Source: Gammaproteobacteria bacterium
GTDB taxonomy: Bacteria; Pseudomonadota; Gammaproteobacteria; SZUA-229
Assembly (NCBI GenBank): GCA_016744065.1
Contig: JADGFA010000010.1
Location: 21,146-85,145 of the forward strand
Length of the DNA: 64,000 nt
Direction of reading: 5' to 3'
Shown piece by piece: positions 1 through 10,432 of the stretch (position 1 is the first letter of the stretch; every line of letters starts with the position of its first letter). The notes under the pieces were generated by a model that made no database searches, was not told the origin of the DNA, and saw nothing but the letters and a program-made list of their open reading frames with translations. The position numbers and the translations under genes were made by a program.

Positions 1-102
1 AGTAAACAGGTAAGTTAAATTTTATTCAACACCTGGAGGTGACGAATAAAATTTAATATAAATTGATAATAGAAATTAACACCTCCAATATGACAAAAAA
101 AA

Positions 103-2643
103 ATGAACGAAGCGTTAATCCAGCAACAGAACACACCAGACAAAGACCTGTTAGATAAAAACTGGTCTCTTTTTCGCTCAGCGCCTGATCATTATGATAG
201 CCCTGCTGATTTTGACCTGAACACTGAAAATACGACTGAAGCAACTGTACCAGGAACTGTCGCCATGTCAGTTAATGGCACAGCACCACAATGCTGGGCT
301 CCGAATATTGATTATGATGATTACGACTGGTGGTATCACTGCCAGTTTAATTCACCAAAAATAAAATCAGATCAAAAAATTCGCCTTTACTTTGAAGGCC
401 TTGCCACCTTATGTGAGGTCTGGTTAAACGGTGAAAAAATATTAAAATGTAACAATATGTTTCGTGCATACAGCATTGAAATTAACCACCTCCTGACAAC
501 ATCAAATACACTCACACTGGTTTTTCGCTCTATTACACAAAACCTTAAAGAAAAAAGACCTCGGCCAAAATGGAAAACAAAATTAGTTGAAAACCAGCAA
601 ATGCGCTGGATTCGCTCAACCGTTTTAGGCCATGTTTCCGTATGGACGCCTCCCATTAAGGCGGTCGGGCCATGGAAAAACATATACATTGAAACTTCCA
701 GTAGTTTCGATATTGAAGATGTTTTCATTAATACACAGTTAATAAATAACATACCCCAACTAGAACTCTCTGCTACATTAGAAAATCTGAGCCCCGAAAT
801 AAAACTCAACAAAGCAGAGATTAAAATCAATCAGGTTTCATACCCTGTAACAATTTCTAAAAACAAAAACACCTATACACTTAGCTGCAAACTGGCACTT
901 AAATCACTACAGGCATGGATGCCACATACTCACGGCAAACCAAACCTCTATACATCAGAAATTATTATTACAACAGACCAGCAACAAATCATTATTGACA
1001 GCAGAAAAATAGGTTTTAAATCCAGTGAGTTCAGATTTACTGAAAATGAAAGTGCACTCTTAATCAATAACCAGTTAATTTTCTGCCGAGGAACCTGCTG
1101 GACAGTGAGTGATTACCTCTCACTAAATGCAGATTACCATGACCTGAAAAAACATTTAACTCTGTTACGTAATGCCGGTTTAAATATGCTTCGCGTCGGC
1201 GGCACAATGGTATATGAAAGCGATGACTTCTATCAGATCTGTGATGAGCTAGGCATTATGGTATGGCAGGACTTTATGTTTGCCAGCATGGATTACCCCG
1301 TTGAAGACAATGATTTTCTCAACAATGTTCAGGCCGAAGTTACACACCAGTTAAACCGACTGAATAAACATATATGCATTACTACATATTGTGGGAATAC
1401 AGATATTGAAGCTCAGGCAGCGATGTATGGTGTCGCCGAAGAAAACTGGAGCAACTCTTTCTTCCAGGACTATATAGCTGAAAGCTGTAAAAACCAACAC
1501 CCTGGCATACCCTACTTAGCGTCTTCACCTACCGGAGGCACACTACCTTTTCATTTGTCAGAAGGCGTCACCCATTATTGGGGGATTGGTGCCTATATGC
1601 ACCCAATAGGTGATATGGATAAATATCGCGTGCGTTTTGCTTCTGAAGGTATGGGCCTGCCCCATATACCTGAAGACAAAACCATTGAGGAATGCACAGG
1701 CAAAAATACACTTTATCCTTACCACAATGAATGGACATCACGCGTACCAAGAGACCTGGGAGCAGGCTGGGACTTTGATGCTATTCGAGACTTCTACCTT
1801 GAAGAAATATTTAAACTTGATGCTGTTAAATTACGCCGCCAGAACGTAGAAAAATATATTGAATTATCACGGGTCGTCACCGGTGAAGTTATTTCACAGG
1901 TTTTTCAGCAATGGCGCAGCACAAACAGTCAGTGTAACGGTGGCTTAATCTGGTTTAACAGGGACTTCTGGCCGAGTGCAGGCTTTGGCCTGATTGATAG
2001 CAGTAACGCCCCCAAAGCAGCTTATTACCAGTTAAAGCAAAACTGGGCATCACAATCCGTTATTCTTACCAATGAAGGACTTGATGGCGCAGCTGTTAGT
2101 ATTATTAATGAAATGAACGCAGAATTAAACGGCAGCATTAAGGTTATTTTATTAAAAGATAATCACATTATGGTCGCTCAAGCCTCAGAAAAAATTAAAC
2201 TAGCTGCAAATAGCAAACAAAAACACAGTGTCGATAAAATACTCGGGCGCTTTTATGATACGGGCTACGCTTATAAATTTGGACAACCCCAGTTTGATAT
2301 TGTGATTTGTCAGCTAAAGAATGAAGATAAAGAAATAGTCCATGAAACTTTTCTTTTTTTAGAAGATCAAAATATAAAACCCGTTGAGAACATCGAAATA
2401 TCAGCTATAGCAACAATCATAGATAAGCAGAGTATATCCTTAAAAATTATCAGTGATAATTTTTTACAGTATATGAAAATTTCAGTCAAAAACTATCAAC
2501 CAGACGATAACTATTTTCATTTAACACCTGATGTTGAAAAAAATATTATATTAAAACAGATAGAGCCAGACGATAAAAAATTCAGGGGGCAGTTAGATGC
2601 TATAAACCTGAACCATTCAATTAAGATTAAATTACATGACTGA
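103..2643 (+). CDS. Glycoside hydrolase family 2, beta-mannosidase-like
   Basis: 846-aa ORF. Segment LNMLRVGGTMVYESDDFYQICDELGIMVWQDFMFASMDYP matches the conserved beta-mannosidase (GH2) catalytic-region signature (MLRVWGGG..YE ... GILVWQDFMFAC). Length is typical of bacterial beta-mannosidases. Confidence 0.7.
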   Translation: MNEALIQQQNTPDKDLLDKNWSLFRSAPDHYDSPADFDLNTENTTEATVPGTVAMSVNGTAPQCWAPNIDYDDYDWWYHCQFNSPKIKSDQKIRLYFEGLATLCEVWLNGEKILKCNNMFRAYSIEINHLLTTSNTLTLVFRSITQNLKEKRPRPKWKTKLVENQQMRWIRSTVLGHVSVWTPPIKAVGPWKNIYIETSSSFDIEDVFINTQLINNIPQLELSATLENLSPEIKLNKAEIKINQVSYPVTISKNKNTYTLSCKLALKSLQAWMPHTHGKPNLYTSEIIITTDQQQIIIDSRKIGFKSSEFRFTENESALLINNQLIFCRGTCWTVSDYLSLNADYHDLKKHLTLLRNAGLNMLRVGGTMVYESDDFYQICDELGIMVWQDFMFASMDYPVEDNDFLNNVQAEVTHQLNRLNKHICITTYCGNTDIEAQAAMYGVAEENWSNSFFQDYIAESCKNQHPGIPYLASSPTGGTLPFHLSEGVTHYWGIGAYMHPIGDMDKYRVRFASEGMGLPHIPEDKTIEECTGKNTLYPYHNEWTSRVPRDLGAGWDFDAIRDFYLEEIFKLDAVKLRRQNVEKYIELSRVVTGEVISQVFQQWRSTNSQCNGGLIWFNRDFWPSAGFGLIDSSNAPKAAYYQLKQNWASQSVILTNEGLDGAAVSIINEMNAELNGSIKVILLKDNHIMVAQASEKIKLAANSKQKHSVDKILGRFYDTGYAYKFGQPQFDIVICQLKNEDKEIVHETFLFLEDQNIKPVENIEISAIATIIDKQSISLKIISDNFLQYMKISVKNYQPDDNYFHLTPDVEKNIILKQIEPDDKKFRGQLDAINLNHSIKIKLHD

Positions 2644-4459
2644 TACAAACGAAGTCCTTTTTACAGCTGACAATAAACACAGACAGGTTGACTCCATATC
2701 CAGACAGCACCCCTGCTGGCTAAATAAAGACAGTGCTCCTGTTTTCAGCTGGTTACACCTGCCTGAAAGCCAGAGCATTTCAGAAACGGGGATCGTTATC
2801 TGTAATCCTCTTGGTTATGAATACTCACACACACACCGTACCATACGCCATTTAAGTAACAATCTTGCAACAGCCGGTTTTGCCAATATCCGCTTTGATT
2901 ATCATGGCACAGGAGACTCTTTTTCTGATTTATTTGAAGAAAAACGCATAGAAACATTTTTAGAAAACATAGAGTCCGCAATAAACACATTAAAAGAAAA
3001 AACCGGTGTAACTAAAATTTGCCTGATTGGCTTACGACTAGGTGCAACGCTGGCTGCCAGCTTTTGCGAAAAAACATCAGTTGATAAGCTGGTATTGTGG
3101 GCCCCCTGCATTAAAGGTAGAGCCTATGTTAGAGAGATGATAGCCCTTGAAAAACTGGCCTCTCACTCTGCTAATAGCGACGATAATAAAGGCATCATTG
3201 ACAGTGGCGGCTTCATCGTTACTGAAGAAACGGCTGATGAACTTAAAAAAATAAACTTATTAAAACAACAATACCTTGTAAATGACAACATTCTCATTAT
3301 CGAACGCAATGATCTGAAGAAAAATGAAAAATTACTAAACGCTATTGAAAGCAGTAATATAAATAATATAGAACATCATCCGATGACTGGCTATCTCGAA
3401 ATGATGGAAGAACCTCAATTTACTGTTATTCCAGATTCAACTATTAACAAAATAATTAGCTGGCTAAATGAAAACACAGAACAGAAAAAAATAATATCTA
3501 AATACAATACACATAGTTGCAGCCAGATCACATCTAAGCCCGACTCCAGATTAATAGAAGAAATTTGTTATGAAGCAGAAAACAAATTCATGGGTATTAT
3601 AAGCTATCCATCAAACTTCAGGGAAAAACCACCAACTAAACCGCTTATTATTCTTACCAATTCAGGATCTGTTCACCATGTAGGCCCAAACAGACTCTAT
3701 GTTCAACTAGCTCGCTCACTCGCTTTAGAGGGCTACCCTGCATTAAGGTTTGATTTAAGTAATTTAGGCGACAGTGTTTTAGGCAAGCCGGCGAATGAAA
3801 ACGCCCCTTACTCTGAACATGCCATGAAAGATATTGCCTTAATGATTGAATATGCTAAAAAACAATACGGTTTCAGCCAATTTATAATTTCCGGCCTGTG
3901 CTCTGGCGCACACAATGCATTTCATTCATCACTGGATCTGCCCTCTTCTTATAACATTAAAGAAACCATCATCATAAACCCACTTCGATTTTATAGTGAT
4001 AATTTTGCTAATAAAAAAAGAACGCCCAACTACCAGATTGAAAGAGATGCACAGCAATACAGTGAAAGCCTGTTTAGTCTTGAAAAATGGAAAAAATTAT
4101 TTTCTGGGAAAGTCGATTTAATTTATTTATTAGATTTTATTTTCAAAAAAATAAAAAAAATGACCATATCAAATCTACGAGCACTCGCTGAACAACTTAA
4201 CCTTTACAATGGCAGCCGACTGACTAAAGATCTTAAAAAATATGTAGATAAGAATACTAAAATTAGCTTTTTTATTGCATCAAAGGACCCTGGAAAACAA
4301 CTATTAATGAGTGAATCCAAAATAATTGTTAATTCAATGCTTAAATCAAAACAGCTTAAATTATACGAAGTCCCTGACGCCGACCATACATTCTCTTCTT
4401 TAAACTGTAGAAAAGAATTTGTCAGGTTATTTGTAGCGCATATTAAATCAGGCTATTAA
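2636..4459 (+). CDS. Tandem alpha/beta-hydrolase-fold protein (two hydrolase-like domains), function unknown
   Basis: 607-aa ORF overlapping the GH2 stop by 8 bp (translational coupling). Two nucleophile-elbow-like pentapeptides: GLRLG in the N-domain (Arg where Ser is expected) and GLCSG in the C-domain (Cys where Ser is expected). Dienelactone-hydrolase-like arrangement; no signal peptide seen. Confidence 0.5.
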   Translation: MTDTNEVLFTADNKHRQVDSISRQHPCWLNKDSAPVFSWLHLPESQSISETGIVICNPLGYEYSHTHRTIRHLSNNLATAGFANIRFDYHGTGDSFSDLFEEKRIETFLENIESAINTLKEKTGVTKICLIGLRLGATLAASFCEKTSVDKLVLWAPCIKGRAYVREMIALEKLASHSANSDDNKGIIDSGGFIVTEETADELKKINLLKQQYLVNDNILIIERNDLKKNEKLLNAIESSNINNIEHHPMTGYLEMMEEPQFTVIPDSTINKIISWLNENTEQKKIISKYNTHSCSQITSKPDSRLIEEICYEAENKFMGIISYPSNFREKPPTKPLIILTNSGSVHHVGPNRLYVQLARSLALEGYPALRFDLSNLGDSVLGKPANENAPYSEHAMKDIALMIEYAKKQYGFSQFIISGLCSGAHNAFHSSLDLPSSYNIKETIIINPLRFYSDNFANKKRTPNYQIERDAQQYSESLFSLEKWKKLFSGKVDLIYLLDFIFKKIKKMTISNLRALAEQLNLYNGSRLTKDLKKYVDKNTKISFFIASKDPGKQLLMSESKIIVNSMLKSKQLKLYEVPDADHTFSSLNCRKEFVRLFVAHIKSGY

Positions 4460-4590
4460 TTTAATATGCGCTACGCCAGTGCAGGTTGAATGAGTTCCAT
4501 ATAAAGCTAACAGCTAAAATATATACAGAATACATTCTCAGCAGATAAGGTGCTGTTAATTAATAAAAAGTCTTTACTACTACAGCAACA

Positions 4591-5361
4591 CTATTCAGAT
4601 AACTTAGTGAAGACTAAAATAAACTTATCCGTTTTACCTTTTACTTCATCATTCCAGATACTAACAGATGGGTCATCAGTAGCATTTCTAAGCACATCAC
4701 TTGATGCTGTAACACTAAAACCAGCAGATTCGAATACATTTCTGGTAAATGCCTCGTCTATACGGTGTAATTTATTTGCCGAGTCTGAGCCTGTCTCTTT
4801 AGCCGCAGAATGATCAATAATCATCAATCTACCACCTTCCTTAAGCGCTTTATGTATTTGCGATACATAACTGGGGACATCCGCATTCCATTCATCTTTA
4901 TTTTGCGATACATATACATCATGAAATGCCAGAGATATAAAAATCAGATCAATATTTTCGGGTAACTTCAGGTCGCGATAACCACTATCAATACGTATTG
5001 TATTTGATAAACGCCCCGCTTCTAAGCGTGTTTCCAGTTTATCACTGTGCCCAGCGACAAAACGTTGCCCATTCTGAAGATAAACTTTTCCCGTATCACC
5101 AACAAGCGCATTAAATAATTCACTATAATATCCACTACCACCATCCAGATCAGCCACTACCATGCCTGGTTTTACAGCAGCTATAGTTAGCACACTCTCT
5201 CCCATGCGCGTTTCATCCTGCTCCCTGTCAGCATCAGGTCGCTCAGGATTATAGAGTGCCTTTTGAACTGGATTAAGTGTGGAAGGATCTACATCATCAC
5301 TACAGCTAATAGCTAAAATGGCAATGCTAATTAATAAAATAATTTGAGAAAATTTAATCAT
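4591..5361 (-). CDS. Lipoprotein with class I SAM-dependent methyltransferase fold
   Basis: 256 aa. N-terminus MIKFSQIILLISIAILAISCSDD has a lipobox (LAISC). VVADLDGGSGYYSELF matches the glycine-rich motif I of class I methyltransferases. Confidence 0.55.
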   Translation of the reverse strand: MIKFSQIILLISIAILAISCSDDVDPSTLNPVQKALYNPERPDADREQDETRMGESVLTIAAVKPGMVVADLDGGSGYYSELFNALVGDTGKVYLQNGQRFVAGHSDKLETRLEAGRLSNTIRIDSGYRDLKLPENIDLIFISLAFHDVYVSQNKDEWNADVPSYVSQIHKALKEGGRLMIIDHSAAKETGSDSANKLHRIDEAFTRNVFESAGFSVTASSDVLRNATDDPSVSIWNDEVKGKTDKFILVFTKLSE

Positions 5362-5495
5362 AAGTAAGTTGCTCCCCGATGTTATTTAAACCACATTCTA
5401 AGTCGCCACAGTGTAACCTATTATTCTCAAAAAATATATTTTTAGCTTTAAGCTTAAAAATCAATTATATAGAGGATTAAAGTGAGTTATTTTAT

Positions 5496-8400
5496 TCAAG
5501 CATTATTAGCAAGGTCATTTTTAAAAACCTCTAATACCGTTGCGCCTGCTTTTTGCAGCTCAGGCAACAGTAATTTAATTTTTTCCAGTTCATTGCGCCT
5601 TGCACATGCTTCCAGCTCAGTCGCTATCCCGCATAACTGAAGGGCACTCACATTTGCCGCCACACCTTTAAGGCCGTGTACAATTTTAGATGACAGATCA
5701 CAGTCACCCGAATCAACCGCTTCCTTTAACTCATTTATACGTTCAGGTACTTCCTCTATAAAAACCTCAATAACGGTTATAAATAACTCTTTATTATTTA
5801 ATAATCGTTCTAATGTATCTTCTTTATCCCAAATTACAACTTCATTAGACTCATCATTACCCTCTTCAGAAACAGGAACATTTTGAGTTTCATTTATTTC
5901 TAAAGATAAAGCTTCGCCTAATTTTTTTAATAATTTTTTGGGATCAATTGGTTTAGATAAATAATCACTCATACCCGCATCCAGACATTTTTCCCTGTCA
6001 CCCTGCATTGCATTGGCTGTCATGGCAAAAATAGGTATATCCTGATAATTTTCACCACACTCTCCTTTGCGAATTTCACGGGTTGTTTCATAACCATCCA
6101 TTTCTGGCATCTGGCAATCCATAAGAATCAGGCTGTACATATCCGTTTCATAAAATGCATTTAAACTTTGTAATGCCTCCAGACCATTATTCGCCACATC
6201 AACAGCCAGACCAAAATCAGCTAATATACCCTGTGCCACCAGTTGATTTACATGGTTATCTTCCACTAGTAATATGCGTGTATTTTCTGGCCAGTGATAA
6301 TTTGTTTTTTCTTTTTCATCATCATGTGTAAATGTTTGCAAGTACTCATGGGTAACCAGAGGCCTGTCATTCTGCAAAGTTGATCCATCAGCAATAACAA
6401 CGGCCAATGCATTAAACAAATCTGAAGTAGTGGCGGGTTTGGGAAAATAAGCACTGAAACCTATATTTTTAAATCTATTTACATCGTCCTGAAAGCCCAT
6501 TGAGGTCATCATGACCAGCTTCATGTCACTAAAACGTTTATCTGAAATAAATATTTCACCTAATGCTTCGCCATCCATCTCTGGCATTTGCATATCAAGA
6601 AATGCAATATCAAAAACATTCTTTCCATTATTATCTATTTTTTCATTACATATCTGTAAAGCCTGCTTAGCGCTATGTGCCTCAACAACCGTTGCTCCCC
6701 AGTGCTCTAACTGCCCCCTCAAAACCTCACAGTTTGTAACATTATCATCCACTATTAATAAACTTAACTTATTTATATCAATTTTTGGAATAACCCGTTT
6801 TGACTGGCTGCTTTTTTCTAATTGAATATAAAACGTAAAAGTACTACCTTTACCCTTTACACTCTTGGCGCTAATATCACCTCCCATCAAAATACATAAT
6901 TTTCTAGCGATAGCCAGGCCCAGGCCTGTTCCTCCATACTTACGGGTTGTTGACGCATCGACCTGACTAAATGAATCAAACAAAGCAGGTAACTTGTCTT
7001 CTGGTATTCCTATACCTGTATCGCTTATATTAAACTCTACTGTTAACTGCTCATCACCATTTTCCCGTATTTCCACCTGGACAACTATTTCTCCAGTAGA
7101 TGTAAATTTAACCGCATTACCAACCAGGTTAGTTAACACCTGCCTTAAACGACTAGGGTCACCTCTTACCATTGACTGCTCTACTTTTGTTACATCCAGA
7201 ACAAGCTCTAACCCTTTTGACTGTGCAGTGTAAGCCATAGACTCGGCAAACTCACCTAACATACCACGGATATTAAAATCAATAATTTCAAGATCTAATT
7301 TATTTGCTTCAATTTTAGAAAAGTCTAAAATATCATTTATTAATGTCAGTAATGCCTGACCACTAGACTGGGCAACTTTCACCCGATGCAACTGATCACT
7401 ATCAAGCCTTGTATTTAATAATAAGCTCAACATACCAAGCACACCATTCATAGGCGTACGAATTTCATGACTCATACTGGCAAGAAATTCACTTTTGGCT
7501 ACAACAGCCTGCTCTGCTTTTTTAATTGACTCTATAAGCGCCAGTTCAGTCTGTTTCTGGTTTGTAATATCGGTACGAATAGCAATATAACTTTCAGGCT
7601 TACCCTGCTCGTTCATATATGGAACAATGGTCGTGTCAACCCAATAGAAATCACCACTTTTTGCTTTATTACAAATTTCTGAATGAAAAACGTCCCCATT
7701 TGTCAATTGATTATACATATCCTTAAAAAATGCTTTATCGTGTTTACCCGACTTAAGTAAACGATGGTTTTGTCCTATAAGCTCATCTCTTGTATAACCA
7801 GAAATATTTTCAAATAGATCATTTACAAAAGTAATTGTCCCTTTTACATCTGTAATGGCAACGATGGAATGCTGATCAAGTGCAAATTTTTGTTGATTTA
7901 AATCTTTCAGTGCTTTAACTATTTTATCTTTACTTAACTCTAATTTTTTTTCATGCTCACGGCGAACTTTCAACATATAATTAAAAGCATCAGCAAGTTT
8001 ACCTAATTCATTATTTGATTTAATATCAACGATTTCATCAGTCTGGCCTGATGCAACTTTATTACTCACCTTAACAAGAGCATATATAGGACGAAGGATA
8101 CTATACGACTTATAATATGCCATTAAAACAATGACTATGAGACTGATAAACACGCTGATTACTTGCATTTTTGCCAGTTCATTAATAGAAGAAAAAGCTT
8201 TTTCTGACTCAACTTCACTAACTAAAATCCAGTTAATATTTTTTATTTTAATTGGCTTACGAACACCTATTAGCTTTTTATTATTTTTCCCGATATACTC
8301 ATGCGGATTAAAATCCTCTTCTTCATTATTTTCAGCTTCAACATTGTGATTAAGCACCATATCCATGCTACCACCATACATAGAGCTTCTTAATTCTCCT

Positions 8401-9206
8401 TCATTCGTTATTAAGTATTGATGTAAAACACTTACATCAAATTCATCTGAAACTTTTTTCCCTCCTGATAAACCTAATACATCTAATACACCTGATACAC
8501 CTAATACATCCGATACATCTGATAAATTATCAAATATAACATCAAGTTTTATCTGTATTGCAAAGACACCTGATTTTTCACCTGAACTATTTAATATAGG
8601 CGATGTTATAAAAGCGGTTAACAGGTTATTCGAGGGCTGATAACGCTCAATACCTGAAAAAGCATCTTCGCCTGTTTCCAGTGTATATTTTACAGCCTGT
8701 GAAAATTTGGTACTGGAATATGTGCCTGTAAATAAATTGCTACCCAGATCAGATTCCTGTTCCACGCTGTACAATATATTCCCATCATTATCAATCAGCA
8801 CCAGATCATATACATAACTATAACGACGGCTAAATAAAGCCAGATCATTTCTATTTTCTTTTATACGTTTTATCCAGTCGTCACTTTTTATATAATCCGA
8901 TAAACTTTTTTTACTTTTATAAAAACCGTCAGATAATTCTTCTAATAAAATCAAATTATTTTGAGATTCAGCCTGGCTATTTAAATCTGTAAATCGATAA
9001 AAAAACCAGTTTTCAATAAATTTAGCACTCAGGCTGGAGGAGTGCATGAGTTTATCGATTGCAGAGGATTTCAGACTTACCCCCGCCTGTTGATACTCAA
9101 GCCACGACACAATAATAACAGGCATAAGACCTATTAATAAATAAGATAGAATCAACCCATTTCTGAGTGAACCATACCTCTTTTTCTTCTGATGAAATTT
9201 ATTCAC
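5496..9206 (-). CDS. Hybrid sensor histidine kinase (TM, Cache-like periplasmic domain, TM, PAS, HisKA, HATPase, REC, REC, Hpt)
   Basis: 1236 aa. Two TM segments flank a ~300-aa periplasmic region. H-box SHEIRTPMNGVLGM; G-boxes GTGLGLAIARKL. Two receiver domains (LIVDDNVTN...DMQMPEMDG and ILLVEDNHVNQ...DCQMPEMDG). C-terminal Hpt motif HGLKGVAANV. Confidence 0.85.
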   Translation of the reverse strand: MNKFHQKKKRYGSLRNGLILSYLLIGLMPVIIVSWLEYQQAGVSLKSSAIDKLMHSSSLSAKFIENWFFYRFTDLNSQAESQNNLILLEELSDGFYKSKKSLSDYIKSDDWIKRIKENRNDLALFSRRYSYVYDLVLIDNDGNILYSVEQESDLGSNLFTGTYSSTKFSQAVKYTLETGEDAFSGIERYQPSNNLLTAFITSPILNSSGEKSGVFAIQIKLDVIFDNLSDVSDVLGVSGVLDVLGLSGGKKVSDEFDVSVLHQYLITNEGELRSSMYGGSMDMVLNHNVEAENNEEEDFNPHEYIGKNNKKLIGVRKPIKIKNINWILVSEVESEKAFSSINELAKMQVISVFISLIVIVLMAYYKSYSILRPIYALVKVSNKVASGQTDEIVDIKSNNELGKLADAFNYMLKVRREHEKKLELSKDKIVKALKDLNQQKFALDQHSIVAITDVKGTITFVNDLFENISGYTRDELIGQNHRLLKSGKHDKAFFKDMYNQLTNGDVFHSEICNKAKSGDFYWVDTTIVPYMNEQGKPESYIAIRTDITNQKQTELALIESIKKAEQAVVAKSEFLASMSHEIRTPMNGVLGMLSLLLNTRLDSDQLHRVKVAQSSGQALLTLINDILDFSKIEANKLDLEIIDFNIRGMLGEFAESMAYTAQSKGLELVLDVTKVEQSMVRGDPSRLRQVLTNLVGNAVKFTSTGEIVVQVEIRENGDEQLTVEFNISDTGIGIPEDKLPALFDSFSQVDASTTRKYGGTGLGLAIARKLCILMGGDISAKSVKGKGSTFTFYIQLEKSSQSKRVIPKIDINKLSLLIVDDNVTNCEVLRGQLEHWGATVVEAHSAKQALQICNEKIDNNGKNVFDIAFLDMQMPEMDGEALGEIFISDKRFSDMKLVMMTSMGFQDDVNRFKNIGFSAYFPKPATTSDLFNALAVVIADGSTLQNDRPLVTHEYLQTFTHDDEKEKTNYHWPENTRILLVEDNHVNQLVAQGILADFGLAVDVANNGLEALQSLNAFYETDMYSLILMDCQMPEMDGYETTREIRKGECGENYQDIPIFAMTANAMQGDREKCLDAGMSDYLSKPIDPKKLLKKLGEALSLEINETQNVPVSEEGNDESNEVVIWDKEDTLERLLNNKELFITVIEVFIEEVPERINELKEAVDSGDCDLSSKIVHGLKGVAANVSALQLCGIATELEACARRNELEKIKLLLPELQKAGATVLEVFKNDLANNA

Positions 9207-9659
9207 TTGTCACCTGGATTAAAAGCAAAACGAATATCTGTAGAAATGTTCATGGATGATGGGTTTATAATACAAGTCATTTCCACACCATTGGCCTGAA
9301 AACAAATTGCAATAGATTCCAGTTTTTCAACTGCTCAACCTGAAACCTTATATAGGGCCTGCATATACTAGAGAGGCGTGCCCATTCGACAAAACATAAA
9401 GACAAAGCCCTTATCGCTTGTTGAAAAAGACTTCTGGCCCCAACAAACGCACTATATGCATTAAATAGTGCTAACAAACAGCCAAATAAGGGCCCCTTAC
9501 AACAAACTGATATTTTACGATACTGCTTCATAATACCGCTGCCATTCAGGACGACTTCATCTCTCTCATCTCAATTAGGAAAAAACACTATTGTAAGTCT
9601 AGTCGAATATATTTTTTTTCTGTGTGAATCCAAAGAATAAACAATATTAAAACAACGAA

Positions 9660-10190
9660 CTATTTATCAATATTTAAGCAAACAGGCTCAAATTCGAATT
9701 GAGAGCTCTTCATCTCCAAAAACCTTGACTTAAGTATTGCACCGAGGCGCACTCTGAGTAGATCAGCTACCAGAGGTTTATGCAGATACTCACTGGCCCC
9801 TGCTTTAAATGCCTCACTAATAATACCCACACTATTTAACCCGGATATCACTACCACTGGTATATTATAAGTAGCTGCATGACCAGAAATAAACTTACAA
9901 CCCTCAATACCATTACCGTCGGGCAGGTTAATATCCATTAAAACCAGGTCAAACTCAGGCGTAACAGATGATTGTTTTCTGTTGTAGTGCATTAATAACA
10001 TGCCTTGTTCAAGGCTCGATGCAATGGTGACAGAAGCAACTCCAATTTTCCTTAATAAGGCGACAGTTAAACGTTGAAAAGTACTGGAATCATCTATTAA
10101 AAGTATCCTGGCATCTGATAAGTATTTCGATATATCCTGAATGGGTAACATGGGATTCTCCTTCCGCTTATAAACGGACAATTTATGCAC
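9660..10190 (-). CDS. Single-domain response regulator (CheY-like receiver)
   Basis: 176 aa. LLIDDSSTFQRL...LMDINLPDGNG...KPL are receiver-domain motifs. No output domain. Confidence 0.75.
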   Translation of the reverse strand: MHKLSVYKRKENPMLPIQDISKYLSDARILLIDDSSTFQRLTVALLRKIGVASVTIASSLEQGMLLMHYNRKQSSVTPEFDLVLMDINLPDGNGIEGCKFISGHAATYNIPVVVISGLNSVGIISEAFKAGASEYLHKPLVADLLRVRLGAILKSRFLEMKSSQFEFEPVCLNIDK

Positions 10191-10432
10191 TCATTAATCG
10201 CTTACATACCTTGAAGCAAGAACCAGGCCATACACCCTGCCTTGTGTTTTATCTATAAAGAGACTACATATTAAGTTATAACAACAGATTATTTGCAAAA
10301 TGCGAAGCATATTAAAAATACACTGTGAGCTATTAAGCTATTAACAGAGCAGAATATTATGCTGAGATTTTATATATTAAAGCATCCCGATTATATGCCT
10401 CTACAAAGCCTTATTACTCCCCAATTCAAAAG

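Noticed and set aside
387-830. 147-aa minus-strand ORF, and similar antisense ORFs (1568-1750, 2796-3111, 6266-7233, 12185-13480, 22010-22316, 25983-26423, 28328-29821, 48694-49015, 53519-54175, 60508-61533 and others)
   Set aside because: All are embedded antisense or out-of-frame within long ORFs that have clear homology or domain structure. They show no independent support.
9277-9531. 84-aa ORF in the spacer between the large hybrid kinase and the REC-only regulator
   Set aside because: No RBS or recognisable features. The region is more plausibly the promoter/5'UTR of the kinase gene.
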